A DNA stretch of 45,426 nucleotides from assembly GCA_964652795.1 (NCBI GenBank), contig CAZZBF010000001.1:49593-95018 (forward strand). The letters are read 5' to 3'. The notes beneath the pieces were generated by a model. That model was not told where the DNA came from, did not search any database, and was given only the letters and a program-made list of their open reading frames with translations. The stretch comes from an uncultured Syntrophales bacterium (GTDB taxonomy: Bacteria; Desulfobacterota; Syntrophia; Syntrophales; JADFWA01). Positions 8,400 to 17,676 of the stretch are shown in pieces. Position 1 is the first letter of the stretch; each line of letters begins with the position of its first letter. A program made the position numbers and the translations under genes.

Positions 8400-10910
8400 T
8401 CATATATCCGAGTGCCGGCAGTTATACATTTTGAAAGGCTCCTGGGACAGGGCCTCGACTTCTTCCTTTTTAAACGCGGCCTGCCTCTGCATGAGTTCAA
8501 TCCAGTTAATCTTCAGTCCGTCCAGAAACGGACCATCCACACACGCGAATTTCGTATCCTCCCCGACACTGACACGGCATACCCCGCACATCCCCGTACC
8601 GTCAAGCATCAGAGAGTTCATAGCGGTTTGAGTCGGGATATTGTGCTCCCTGGCGACTTCGGAAACGAGCATCATCATAAACGTACACCCGATTATATAC
8701 GACTGGTCTATCTTTTCACCTCTTTCAACCAGCATCGAAATTACCTCCTGCACGCCACCCTTGATTCCCGTGGAACCGTCTTTTGTAACGATAATCAATT
8801 CATCGCAGTTCCGGGAAAGTTTCTCCTCCCAGTGGAGCAGGTAATGGCTCGATGCCTCCTCTATGCAGATAACCCTGTTGCCGGCTTCTTTCATGGCACG
8901 GGCAATCGGCAGCATCGCGCCGACACCGTAACAGCCTCCGGCACAGACAACAGTGCCGTATTTTTTAACTTCGACAGGGGTTCCGAGCGGCCCGGCAAGG
9001 TGAGCGAGATATTCGCCGGCGTGTGTGTTCGCCATCTCGCGGCTTGACCTGCCGACCTCATGAATTACCATCGTAACGGTACCCTCTTTACGGTTAAAAT
9101 CCGATATGGTGTAAGGAATACGCTCGGATTTCTCGTTCACCATCGCTATAACAAACTGTCCGGGCTGACACTTTTCCGCGATCACCGGCGCGTCTACCGT
9201 TATCATATGGGTATTCGGCACAATCTCCGCCTTTTCAACAATTTTAAACGGCCTTTCTTCCGCGGGCTCGTCATCTGTTAATTTTTCAGCGGTTTCCTCG
9301 AGAGTAAGGCTCCTAAGCGCGCGTACAATATCAGCAAGTTTGTGTCCCCTGTAAAAACGGGGCAGGGCGGCAACGTCATCGAGGGGTGACGGATCGGGTG
9401 GTGCCGGTACATCGTAAACCACGCCCTTTTTAATTAATTCTTCATTGATATCGGCGGTGGATTCGAAATCGAAACTCGAAGCACCCATTTTTTGAGCGAT
9501 ATCGCAGACAATCTTCCAATCAGGAAACAGACTGTAAGGAGGAGTACCCGCGGCGGTCAGTGTTTTAATCTCCCCGGATGAGTTGAGAAACGTGCCGTCA
9601 GTTTCGGCAAGCGCCGCCGCCGCGATCACAACATCTGCCGCTTTTTCGGTTTCGGAGGGAAACATGTCTGCAACGATAATCGTTTCAAGCCTTTGGAGCA
9701 CGGCCGGTTCGAGATAATTGCCGGTAGAGTAGAGAGCTTTGACTGTTCCTTTTTCCATTGCTTCGGCCACCGGACCGGGTTCTATCACAAGAGTTTCACA
9801 GCGGGATGAGGCCACGGCAAAGTTGTCGGATTTCATGACTTCCTTAGCAAATTTTTTCAGCAGATAAATTTCCTCGCGGGTGGCCGACGAATTGGCAATA
9901 AGGGCAAACTGTTCTCCCGAATAGGTCCCGAGTTTTTCCGCGGCCATGGCAACCGCATCCTTATATCCCGCTTTTATCAGGCCGTCTTCGATACGCACCT
10001 GGTGTGAAACCATTCTCAAAGGGTTGTCCAAAAGCTGCGGCAGCACGAACCGCCCCACCGCGCAGATACGATCGTCTCTCGTAAATCCTGTCATTCCTGA
10101 ACCGATCACCCGCCCGTTTTTGAGCTTGAGGCGAATTGAACATCCGTGAGGACAAACCACGCATGTGGAGTCTTCCGTCGAAGCCGCGGCTCCGTACCAT
10201 TTTGCAAACCTGTCGGACAAAGCGCCCGTCGGACAGATATCAATGCACGCTCCGCAAAACTGGCAGTCCGTTTCAGTATGATCCCTGTGGAATGCCGTCC
10301 CGATGCGGGCATCCTTGCCGCGGTTGATAAAATCAATTGTCCCTTTTCCGTGGATCTTTTCGCAGATGCGGGCACACCGACCGCAAAGGACACAGAGATT
10401 GTAATCTCTGTCCATAAACGGATCGTTCCGCTCAATATCAAGATCTCTGTAGATTATCGGGACTTCAAATTCATTTATCTGGTATTCATCAGCGAGTTTT
10501 CTCAGTTCGCAGTTAGCCACGTTACTGCAAAAGATACAGCGCGTGGCTTTGCCGGTCTTGAAGGGAAGCGGCCGGTACTTCTCGCACAACTCGCGGTGAT
10601 AACAGGCGAGACATGGGCTGGTGTGGCCGCTGAGCATCAGTTTTATCACATTTCTGCGGAGTTCAATGATTTCAGGCGACGTCGTTTTGACGACCATCCC
10701 GTCGACGGACGGCGTGGTGCACGAGGTCGGAAATCCCCGCATTCCTTCGATTTCAACAATACACAACCGACACGCCCCGTATGGTTCAAGCGCCGGGTGA
10801 GCGCAGAGAGTGGGAATTTCTATTCTCCCCTTCCGGGCGGCTTCGAGTACCGTATCGCCTTTTTCGGCCTCTATTTTTTTTCCATCTATCGTAAGTATTA
10901 TCTTGCCCAT
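8400..10910 (-). CDS. Fusion protein: NuoG/HndD-like N-terminal Fe-S module with a truncated molybdopterin-oxidoreductase-like domain, plus a C-terminal NfnA/PyrK/SudB-like FAD-[2Fe-2S] module
   Basis: The N-terminus carries a 2Fe-2S ferredoxin fold (CAHPALEPYGACRLC), a His-ligated cluster, 2x[4Fe-4S] (CVLCGRCARIC, CQFCGACIDICP) and CVVCPHGC. The C-terminal ~285 aa (from about nt 9255) carry an FNR-like RIPYTIS motif and a PyrK-type terminal cluster motif CGVCRVSVGEDTKFACVDGP. Confidence 0.75.
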   Translation of the reverse strand: MGKIILTIDGKKIEAEKGDTVLEAARKGRIEIPTLCAHPALEPYGACRLCIVEIEGMRGFPTSCTTPSVDGMVVKTTSPEIIELRRNVIKLMLSGHTSPCLACYHRELCEKYRPLPFKTGKATRCIFCSNVANCELRKLADEYQINEFEVPIIYRDLDIERNDPFMDRDYNLCVLCGRCARICEKIHGKGTIDFINRGKDARIGTAFHRDHTETDCQFCGACIDICPTGALSDRFAKWYGAAASTEDSTCVVCPHGCSIRLKLKNGRVIGSGMTGFTRDDRICAVGRFVLPQLLDNPLRMVSHQVRIEDGLIKAGYKDAVAMAAEKLGTYSGEQFALIANSSATREEIYLLKKFAKEVMKSDNFAVASSRCETLVIEPGPVAEAMEKGTVKALYSTGNYLEPAVLQRLETIIVADMFPSETEKAADVVIAAAALAETDGTFLNSSGEIKTLTAAGTPPYSLFPDWKIVCDIAQKMGASSFDFESTADINEELIKKGVVYDVPAPPDPSPLDDVAALPRFYRGHKLADIVRALRSLTLEETAEKLTDDEPAEERPFKIVEKAEIVPNTHMITVDAPVIAEKCQPGQFVIAMVNEKSERIPYTISDFNRKEGTVTMVIHEVGRSSREMANTHAGEYLAHLAGPLGTPVEVKKYGTVVCAGGCYGVGAMLPIARAMKEAGNRVICIEEASSHYLLHWEEKLSRNCDELIIVTKDGSTGIKGGVQEVISMLVERGEKIDQSYIIGCTFMMMLVSEVAREHNIPTQTAMNSLMLDGTGMCGVCRVSVGEDTKFACVDGPFLDGLKINWIELMQRQAAFKKEEVEALSQEPFKMYNCRHSDI

Positions 10911-10968
10911 TATTGTCTTTACTCCTGTTTTTCCGAGCCTGTCTCACACGGGCATATAAACCGGAATA

Positions 10969-12786
10969 TCATTTCCGGCCTGATGTCTTTTGTACCGCGT
11001 CAAAGGGACACACACTGAAGCACATGCCGCAGCGTATACATCTTTCTTCGTGGATGACAAAAGCCTCCGGCGGTTTCACGGAACCTGTAATAGCGTCGGT
11101 CGGACAGTCTTTCTTGCAGAGACCGCATGACTTGCACGTTTCGGCATCGATGGCGTATGTCAAAAGCGCCTTGCACGCAAGAGCGGGACACCGTCCTTCG
11201 GTAATATGAGCTTCGTATTCGTCCCGAAAATGTTCGATAGTTGTAAGTACCGGGTTCGGGGCCGTCTGGCCGAGACCGCAAAGTGAGGCGTCTTTGATAA
11301 CCCCGCACAATTTCTCCAGAGTATCGATGTCATCCGGCCTCCCTTTCCCTTCCGTAATGTCATTCAGAATGCGAAGCACGTGCTGTGTGCCCATTCTGCA
11401 TGGAGTACATTTGCCGCAGGATTCATTTTCCGTAAAGGAAAGGAAGTATCTCGCGATATCAACCATGCAGGAATCCTCGTCCATAACAACCATACCGCCT
11501 GAACCCATGATCGAACCGACCTTCGCGAGCTCATCAAAATCTACCTTCATATCGAGAAATTGAGCCGGAATGCAGCCGCCGGACGGACCGCCTGTCTGCA
11601 CCGCCTTGAATTTTTTGCCGTCCGGGATACCTCCGCCGATTCCGAATATTATTTCGCGAAGGGTTGTTCCCATCGGAACTTCTATCAAGCCGCTGTTCGC
11701 TACTTTTCCGGTAAGGGCGAAGACCGCGGTGCCGGGACTTTTTTCAGTGCCGATACCGGCAAACCAGTCTGCCCCTTTATTAATAATCTCCGGAATGTAT
11801 GACAGGGTTTTTACGTTATTGATTATGGTCGGCCTGCCCCACAGCCCCTTCTGCGCTGGGAAAGGCGGACGTGTACGGGGCATCCCTCTGGATCCTTCGA
11901 TAGAAGCTATCAACCCGGTCTCCTCTCCGCACACAAAAGCTCCCGCGCCCTGGAATATTTTTAAATCGAAGCTGAAATCACTGCCCGCTATGTTGCCGCC
12001 TAAAAATCCTTTCTCCCTGGCCTGTGATACGGCGATGTAAAGGCGCTTGACGGCTAACGGGTATTCCGCGCGCACATATATAAAACCTTTCGTCGCGCCT
12101 ATGGCGTAGCCCGCGATGATCATTCCCTCTATAACCTGATGCGGGTTGGCTTCCAGAATAGACCTGTCCATAAACGCGCCCGGGTCACCTTCATCCGCGT
12201 TACAGATTATGTATTTCTGATCGGCGTTCTCATCCCGGCAAAACTTCCATTTTACGGCCGCCGGAAAACCGGCGCCGCCTCTTCCACGGAGTCCCGATTT
12301 TTTTATCGTTTCGATAACATCTTCCGGGGTCATTTCATGGAGGACTTTTTCGGTCGCCTGATACACCCCCGCGTTAATGGAATCCTCGATTACCTCGGGG
12401 TTGATGTGACCGCAATTTTTAAGGACTATACGTTCCTGTCCCGCGTAAAAAGGAATGTCCCTGTAGCACTTGACCGGTTCGTCAGTTGCGGGATCACGAT
12501 AAAACAGGCGTTCAACCGGTTTATTATTCTTCAGGTGAGACTCGACAATTTCGGGAACATCTTTTTCCTTCACTGCCGAGTAAAAAACACCTTCAGGTTC
12601 AATAATAACTATCGGGCCTCTCTGGCAGAAACCGTGACAGCCCGTAAATTTCACGTTAATTCCCCCGAGGCCGGCCTTCTTAACTTCGGCTTCGATAGCA
12701 CCGTAAATATCAACAGACCCCGAAGACACACAGCCCGTACCCAGGCAAACAAGAACAGTGCGGCCATTGTCATTTGAATTAGTCAT
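10969..12786 (-). CDS. NuoF / HydB / HndC-like NAD(P)H-binding flavoprotein subunit with an N-terminal thioredoxin-like [2Fe-2S] domain and C-terminal 2x[4Fe-4S]
   Basis: Motifs GRGGAGFP and ESCGKCTPCR (NuoF FMN/NADH/4Fe-4S), an N-terminal CLGTGC...CHGFCQRGP, and C-terminal CKSCGLCKKDCP and CIRCGMCFSVCP. The ATGA start/stop overlap couples it to the upstream nuoE-like gene. Confidence 0.85.
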   Translation of the reverse strand: MTNSNDNGRTVLVCLGTGCVSSGSVDIYGAIEAEVKKAGLGGINVKFTGCHGFCQRGPIVIIEPEGVFYSAVKEKDVPEIVESHLKNNKPVERLFYRDPATDEPVKCYRDIPFYAGQERIVLKNCGHINPEVIEDSINAGVYQATEKVLHEMTPEDVIETIKKSGLRGRGGAGFPAAVKWKFCRDENADQKYIICNADEGDPGAFMDRSILEANPHQVIEGMIIAGYAIGATKGFIYVRAEYPLAVKRLYIAVSQAREKGFLGGNIAGSDFSFDLKIFQGAGAFVCGEETGLIASIEGSRGMPRTRPPFPAQKGLWGRPTIINNVKTLSYIPEIINKGADWFAGIGTEKSPGTAVFALTGKVANSGLIEVPMGTTLREIIFGIGGGIPDGKKFKAVQTGGPSGGCIPAQFLDMKVDFDELAKVGSIMGSGGMVVMDEDSCMVDIARYFLSFTENESCGKCTPCRMGTQHVLRILNDITEGKGRPDDIDTLEKLCGVIKDASLCGLGQTAPNPVLTTIEHFRDEYEAHITEGRCPALACKALLTYAIDAETCKSCGLCKKDCPTDAITGSVKPPEAFVIHEERCIRCGMCFSVCPFDAVQKTSGRK

Positions 12787-13268
12787 TTCTTCTTCTCCTT
12801 GCTAATGGCCTTCAATATCTTTGTTGCCTTTTGAGGAGTTAAATGGCCGTGCACTTTCTGGTCAATTGTCATACAGGGAGCCAGAGCACAGCATCCTATG
12901 CATGCCACGGTTTCGAGAGAAAATTTTCCGTCATCGGTCGTTTCACCCTCTTTTATGTTAAGGCGTCTCTTAACTTGTTCGAGTATTTGTTCCGCGCCTC
13001 CGACGTGGCATGCCGTTCCACGGCACAGGCATATTACATGGTCGCCCGGGCGCGTGAATTTGAATTGAGTATAAAATGTGGCCACGCCGTAGATATAGCT
13101 CTGTGAGACATCGAGGTATTTCGCGATGCGCTTTACCGAGTCTTCAGATATATATCCGAATTTTTCCTGCACTCCCTGCAGAATCGGTATTAAGCTGTCC
13201 AGATACCGATTATAAGTTTGAAGTATTTTTTGTAATTCTTCTGAAACGTTCGCCACCGGTATTTTCAA
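12783..13268 (-). CDS. NuoE / HydC-like [2Fe-2S] thioredoxin-like subunit
   Basis: Carries CLCRGTACHVGG and CIGCCALAPCM. The start codon at 13266-13268 is TTG, not ATG, so start confidence is moderate; AGGAAGGA lies about 15 nt upstream. Confidence 0.75.
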   Translation of the reverse strand: MKIPVANVSEELQKILQTYNRYLDSLIPILQGVQEKFGYISEDSVKRIAKYLDVSQSYIYGVATFYTQFKFTRPGDHVICLCRGTACHVGGAEQILEQVKRRLNIKEGETTDDGKFSLETVACIGCCALAPCMTIDQKVHGHLTPQKATKILKAISKEKKK

Positions 13269-13475
13269 TATATCCGATCACATCCTTCCTGTTCTGCGTA
13301 AAATCCCAAAGCCGTCCTGCTTATATCAGCCTCAAATCAAACTAATACGCAGGAATTTAAAGCACGGAAAACTTGAACTTATAAAAATGCTCACGATTTT
13401 TGTCAAGAAAAAAAAGGCGGGTTGAAAGAAAGCAAACCCAGACGAGTTGTTGCCCGGATATCCGGGAGGTCATTT

Positions 13476-15392
13476 TTAGTTAACCTCCTGTCCCTTATTT
13501 CCGCTTTCATAGTTCTTAAGAAAATCAAGTTCTTTCTTTTTCATATAGATAAGCACAGCCACAATTGCCGCCTGGGTAATACCCGGTATTCTTCTTGCCT
13601 GCCCTATGGAAGCGGGTTTTATTACTGACAGTTTCTTTTTCAGCTCATTGGACAAACCGGGTATCGTGAAATAATCCAGTCCCGAGGGTATTTCTTTTTC
13701 CTCCATCTCCTTGAACTTCGCGACAGATTCTTTTTGCCGCTTGATATATCCCTCGTATTTTATCTCGATTTCTATCTGCTTTTTCACCATTTTATCATGA
13801 ACGTCTTCCCATCCCTCAAAGGGTTTCAGGTCGTCATAGGAAAGCTCAGGCCTTTTGAGCAGCTGATAGAAAGTTGTCGGTTTTTTTATATGCGCGGTTC
13901 CGATCCTTGAAAGAACAATGTTCAGGTCCGCGCTCGGATAGAGTTTTTTTGATGACAGTTTTTTTATTCCCGCTTCCACCCGGCGAATCTTCTCCCTCAG
14001 ATCACCGTAATCATCCTTTGAAATCAATCCGAGATCATAGCCTTTCCCCATCAATCTTATGGTGGCGTTATCTTCTCTCAGAATAAGACGGTACTCCGCC
14101 CGTGACGTAAACATCCGATATGGTTCATCAACCCCTGTCGTAACAAGATCATCGATGAGCACCCCCATGTATGCCTCCGATCGGTCTAAAATAAATGGCT
14201 TTCTCCCCTGTATAGCGGAAGCAGCGTTGATCCCCGCCCACATCCCCTGAGCGGCGGCTTCTTCGTAACCGGATGTACCGTTTATCTGCCCGGCGAGAAA
14301 CAAACCGTCAATAAGCTTTGTCTCAAGCGTCCGTTTGAGCTGCGTAGGCTGGACATAATCATATTCTATAGCATAGGCCGATCGCATCATTTCCGCTTCT
14401 TCGAGACCCGGAACACTGTGGACTATCTTTTCCTGAAGCTCAATGGGTAAGCTGTTTCCCAGACCTTTTGAGTAAATCTCTTCCGTCTCAATACCTTCAT
14501 ACTCAAGAACAACCGGATGACTTTCTTTGTCCGTAAAGCGTACCACCTTATCTTCGAGAGAAGGGCAGTAACGGGCGCTTATCCCCTTGATGGCACCTGA
14601 ATAAAGGGGAGATTTCTCTATGTTATCCCTGATAAGTTTATGCGTCTCGGGCGTCGTGTGGGAAAAATACGAGGGAATTCTCTCCTCACGCAACGTTTTC
14701 GTGGTAAAAGAGAAAGGTTCGGGATCAGGATCGCTGTCCTGCCTTTTGAGTACGGAAAAATCGATCGTGGAGGCGCGCAATCTGGGCGGGGTACCGGTCT
14801 TCATACGCCCCATCTCGAAACCTTTTTCCCTTAAAGATTCCGCAAGAGAAATCGATGCTATCTCACCCGCGCGTCCCGCGGATTGACGCGTAGTGCCTAT
14901 ATGTACAAGTCCGTTTAAAAAGGTTCCCGTTGTGATGATAACATTCTTCCCGCCGTAAAAATATCCGGTACTGTCTTTAACTCCCACAACCCTGTTCCCC
15001 TCAACCACAAGCCGCTCAACAAGGGCTTGCCGTATGTGGAGGTTTTTCTCCTTTTCAATGACAGCTTTCATTGCCCGCGTGTACAGCTGTTTATCGCACT
15101 GCACCCGTGAAGACTGGACAGCCGGGCCCTTCGAGGAATTAAGCAGGCGAAAATGAACGGCCGTCTTGTCGGCTATCTTTGCCATCTCCCCACCCAGGGC
15201 ATCAATCTCTTTTACAAGCTGGGCCTTGGCAAGACCTCCGATAGCCGGGTTACATGACATCAGCGCGATGGAATCGAGATTAATATTGAACAAAAGTGTC
15301 TCACACCCCATTCTCGCGGCTGCCAGGGCGGCTTCACACCCCGCGTGACCTCCCCCGACAACGATGACATCATATTTTCTTTCAGAACTCAT
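13476..15392 (-). CDS. mnmG: tRNA uridine 5-carboxymethylaminomethyl modification enzyme MnmG (GidA)
   Basis: [32 protein letters not shown] motif and full-length MnmG architecture. Start reassigned to MSSERKYD (ATG 15392), with GGAG 8 nt upstream. The longer ORF N-terminus is low-complexity. Confidence 0.9.
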   Translation of the reverse strand: MSSERKYDVIVVGGGHAGCEAALAAARMGCETLLFNINLDSIALMSCNPAIGGLAKAQLVKEIDALGGEMAKIADKTAVHFRLLNSSKGPAVQSSRVQCDKQLYTRAMKAVIEKEKNLHIRQALVERLVVEGNRVVGVKDSTGYFYGGKNVIITTGTFLNGLVHIGTTRQSAGRAGEIASISLAESLREKGFEMGRMKTGTPPRLRASTIDFSVLKRQDSDPDPEPFSFTTKTLREERIPSYFSHTTPETHKLIRDNIEKSPLYSGAIKGISARYCPSLEDKVVRFTDKESHPVVLEYEGIETEEIYSKGLGNSLPIELQEKIVHSVPGLEEAEMMRSAYAIEYDYVQPTQLKRTLETKLIDGLFLAGQINGTSGYEEAAAQGMWAGINAASAIQGRKPFILDRSEAYMGVLIDDLVTTGVDEPYRMFTSRAEYRLILREDNATIRLMGKGYDLGLISKDDYGDLREKIRRVEAGIKKLSSKKLYPSADLNIVLSRIGTAHIKKPTTFYQLLKRPELSYDDLKPFEGWEDVHDKMVKKQIEIEIKYEGYIKRQKESVAKFKEMEEKEIPSGLDYFTIPGLSNELKKKLSVIKPASIGQARRIPGITQAAIVAVLIYMKKKELDFLKNYESGNKGQEVN

Positions 15393-15478
15393 AGTACGCT
15401 CCAAAACTGAAAGACTTGAACTAAGATTAACAATATAGTAGCATAAAAGGAAAAAATACAACAAAAAAATATAATAAT

Positions 15479-16411
15479 ATGCCAAAGCCTGCTTTCTGGA
15501 ACAATTCCAAAAGATATTATGATTTTAAGAGCTTCCTGATTAACAAATTCGGGTGCAAGGTCTACAAGCTGCAGATTGATGCAGGCTTTACCTGCCCGAA
15601 TCGTGATGGAGCAATCTCAACAGGAGGATGTACATACTGTGACGGCCGTGGTTCACGCCTGAGACAGAAAGGCTCTCTTCCCTCCGTAACCGAACAGATT
15701 GAACAGAGCAAAAAATATTACAGAAAAAAAAGGAGCGCCGCAAAATTCATCGCCTATTTTCAGACCTTCACGAATACTTACGGTCACTACAAAAAACTCA
15801 AGGCACTTTACGACGAGGCACTTGCGCAAAAAGATATGGTAGGCCTTGCCGTCGGAACACGACCCGACTGCGTTCCCGATGAGGTAATCGATCTATTTGA
15901 AGAATACGCGAATGATTATCACGTATGGGTGGAATATGGGCTTCAATCCATTCATGAAAAAACTCTGAAGAGTATCAATCGCGGACATGGACCCGAAGTG
16001 TTTCTTGATGCCGTCCGCAGAACCGCCGGGAAAAATATTAACATCTGTGTTCACATCATTGTCGGACTTCCCGGAGAAAACTACAAAGAGATTCTTGAAA
16101 CAGCGAGGGTTGTTGCCGGTCTGCCGATCAACGGGATCAAGATACATCTTCTTCTAGCCCTTAAGGGAACGGTCATCGGAGATCTATACAAAGAAGATAA
16201 AATAACGATGTTGGACAAGGAGGAATACGTCGGCACCGTCTGCGACATACTCGAGATATTGCCCCCGGAGGTAACGATTCAGAGATTGACGGCTGACGGT
16301 TACAGGGACATTTATTTAGCCCCGCAGTGGGGAATTAACAAGATGGATGTCCTCAATTCCATCGACAGAGAACTCGAAAAGAGAAATTCTTTCCAAGGAG
16401 CAAATTTTTGA
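15479..16411 (+). CDS. Radical SAM protein of the TIGR01212 (YhcC-like) family
   Basis: Carries the [18 protein letters not shown] motif of the CPNRDG-type radical-SAM family. It is divergent from mnmG. Confidence 0.75.
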   Translation: MPKPAFWNNSKRYYDFKSFLINKFGCKVYKLQIDAGFTCPNRDGAISTGGCTYCDGRGSRLRQKGSLPSVTEQIEQSKKYYRKKRSAAKFIAYFQTFTNTYGHYKKLKALYDEALAQKDMVGLAVGTRPDCVPDEVIDLFEEYANDYHVWVEYGLQSIHEKTLKSINRGHGPEVFLDAVRRTAGKNINICVHIIVGLPGENYKEILETARVVAGLPINGIKIHLLLALKGTVIGDLYKEDKITMLDKEEYVGTVCDILEILPPEVTIQRLTADGYRDIYLAPQWGINKMDVLNSIDRELEKRNSFQGANF

Positions 16412-16542
16412 AGCCATTCCTCTCTTTAACTCCATTGCGGATTTTCCGCATAGATGCCTTTATTTATGCTTCTCTAGGGTGTTAAAATCTAAATAAGATT
16501 TATATTTACTAGTTTTTTTACACCTCACTGCAATTTTGCAAT

Positions 16543-16571
16543 TGACAATTGCTTATCTGGGTGATATTAGA
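16543..16571 (+). promoter_or_regulatory. Sigma70-like promoter candidate (TTGACA-N17-TATTAG) overlapped by the inverted repeat GCAATTgacAATTGC
   Basis: TTGACA at 16543-16548 and TATTAG 17 nt downstream. A perfect 6-bp inverted repeat GCAATT-N3-AATTGC, together with a third GCAATT direct repeat, spans the -35 element. This is a possible operator. Confidence 0.3.
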
Positions 16572-16596
16572 TCGGCAAAAGGTTACCGATTGCCAT

Positions 16597-17616
16597 ATGA
16601 ACACCACTTTCCATCCCAACAACGTAGAGAAAAAAACCATAATCATCTTGGAGATTCTGGCTAACGCAGAATGCCCAATGGGGTCTCGATTGATATCAAG
16701 ATGCCTGAAGGATCAAGGCGTGACATTGAGTGAAAGAGCTGTCAGATATCATCTCAAGTTGATGGATGAACGTGGGCTCACAAAGTATATAGACAAGCAT
16801 GTTGGCAGAACTATTACGGAGTTGGGCATTGAGGAGATAGGCAGTGCCAGAGTGCAGGACAAAATAGGATTCGCTATTTCACGAATAGAAAATCTTGCTT
16901 TCAGAACAACCTTTGATCCTCAAAAGGGGCAAGGTCTTCTCCCCGTAAATGTCTCTTTTTTCCTTAAAGAACAATTCAAAGAGGCATTGGAAGCTATGGT
17001 TCCAGCTTTTAATGCTGGCCTTTTCGTAAGCGAACTTGTGGCTTTTGCCGAAGCAGGAAAAAGGCTTGGCGGGATACTTGTTCCGGAAGGCAGGGTCGGA
17101 TTCGCAACCGTCTGCAGTATTGTAATTAATGGTGTGCTTCTGAAAAACGGCGTCCCCCTGGACTCCAAGTTCGGAGGCATCTTGCAGTTAAAGGACGGAA
17201 AACCCCTGCGCTTCGTCGAGCTTATCTATTATTCGGGCTCTTCTCTAGATCCCTCGGAGGCTTTTATACAGGGAAAGATGACTTCCGTCGGGAAGGCATC
17301 GGAAAAGGGAGAAGGAAAAATCGTCGCAAACTTTCGAGATTTTCCTGTTCTTTGTCTAAATACGGTGGAGAAATTAACCTGTGAACTGAAGCGGGTAGGG
17401 ATAGGAGGTGTTCTTTCGATCGGCAAGGTAAGCGAACCGATCTGTCAGATTCTGGTAGATGTGAACAAGGTTGGGATGATCCTTGTGGGAGGAATGAACC
17501 CCGTGGCATGTGCCCAGGAAGCAGGATTCAGTGCGGAGAATTATGCCATGTCAACGGTAATGGATTACGGTGAATTAATTAATTTCCAAGAATTACGTAA
17601 CAAAGAATTATCATAG
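16597..17616 (+). CDS. NrpR-like nitrogen regulatory protein (N-terminal winged HTH plus a DUF128/NrpR-type domain). Assignment is tentative.
   Basis: N-terminal wHTH (KKTIIILEILANAECPMGSRLISRCLKDQGVTLSERAVRYHLKLMDERGL), about 270 aa of glycine-rich alpha/beta domain, and a length of about 340 aa match the single-domain NrpR architecture. It lies immediately upstream of gdhA. Start taken at ATG 16597 (MNTTFHP) rather than the upstream TTG. Confidence 0.45.
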   Translation: MNTTFHPNNVEKKTIIILEILANAECPMGSRLISRCLKDQGVTLSERAVRYHLKLMDERGLTKYIDKHVGRTITELGIEEIGSARVQDKIGFAISRIENLAFRTTFDPQKGQGLLPVNVSFFLKEQFKEALEAMVPAFNAGLFVSELVAFAEAGKRLGGILVPEGRVGFATVCSIVINGVLLKNGVPLDSKFGGILQLKDGKPLRFVELIYYSGSSLDPSEAFIQGKMTSVGKASEKGEGKIVANFRDFPVLCLNTVEKLTCELKRVGIGGVLSIGKVSEPICQILVDVNKVGMILVGGMNPVACAQEAGFSAENYAMSTVMDYGELINFQELRNKELS

Positions 17617-17676
17617 TTAAACAGAAAGATTTCAAAACAGAGGCAGTTGCCAAAAATATAAGAGAAGGAGATAAAA

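Noticed and set aside
6993-12040. Numerous 60-300-aa plus-strand ORFs inside the nuoF/nuoG/nfnB genes (for example 6993..7877, 10146..11018, 11570..12040)
   Set aside because: They sit in GC-rich antisense frames of long, well-supported minus-strand genes. They have no RBS and their composition is low-complexity.
13396-13466. Hairpins downstream of mnmG (CCCGGATATCCGGG palindrome; GGGTT...AACCC plus T8)
   Set aside because: The first has almost no loop and no T-tract. The second has only a 5-bp stem. A terminator is possible but too weak to list as a feature.
16437-16449. GCGGA-ttt-TCCGC palindrome just after the radical-SAM gene
   Set aside because: The stem is only 5 bp and there is no T-run, so it is not convincing as a terminator. 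The spacing does not fit the NrpR GGAA-N6-TTCC operator.
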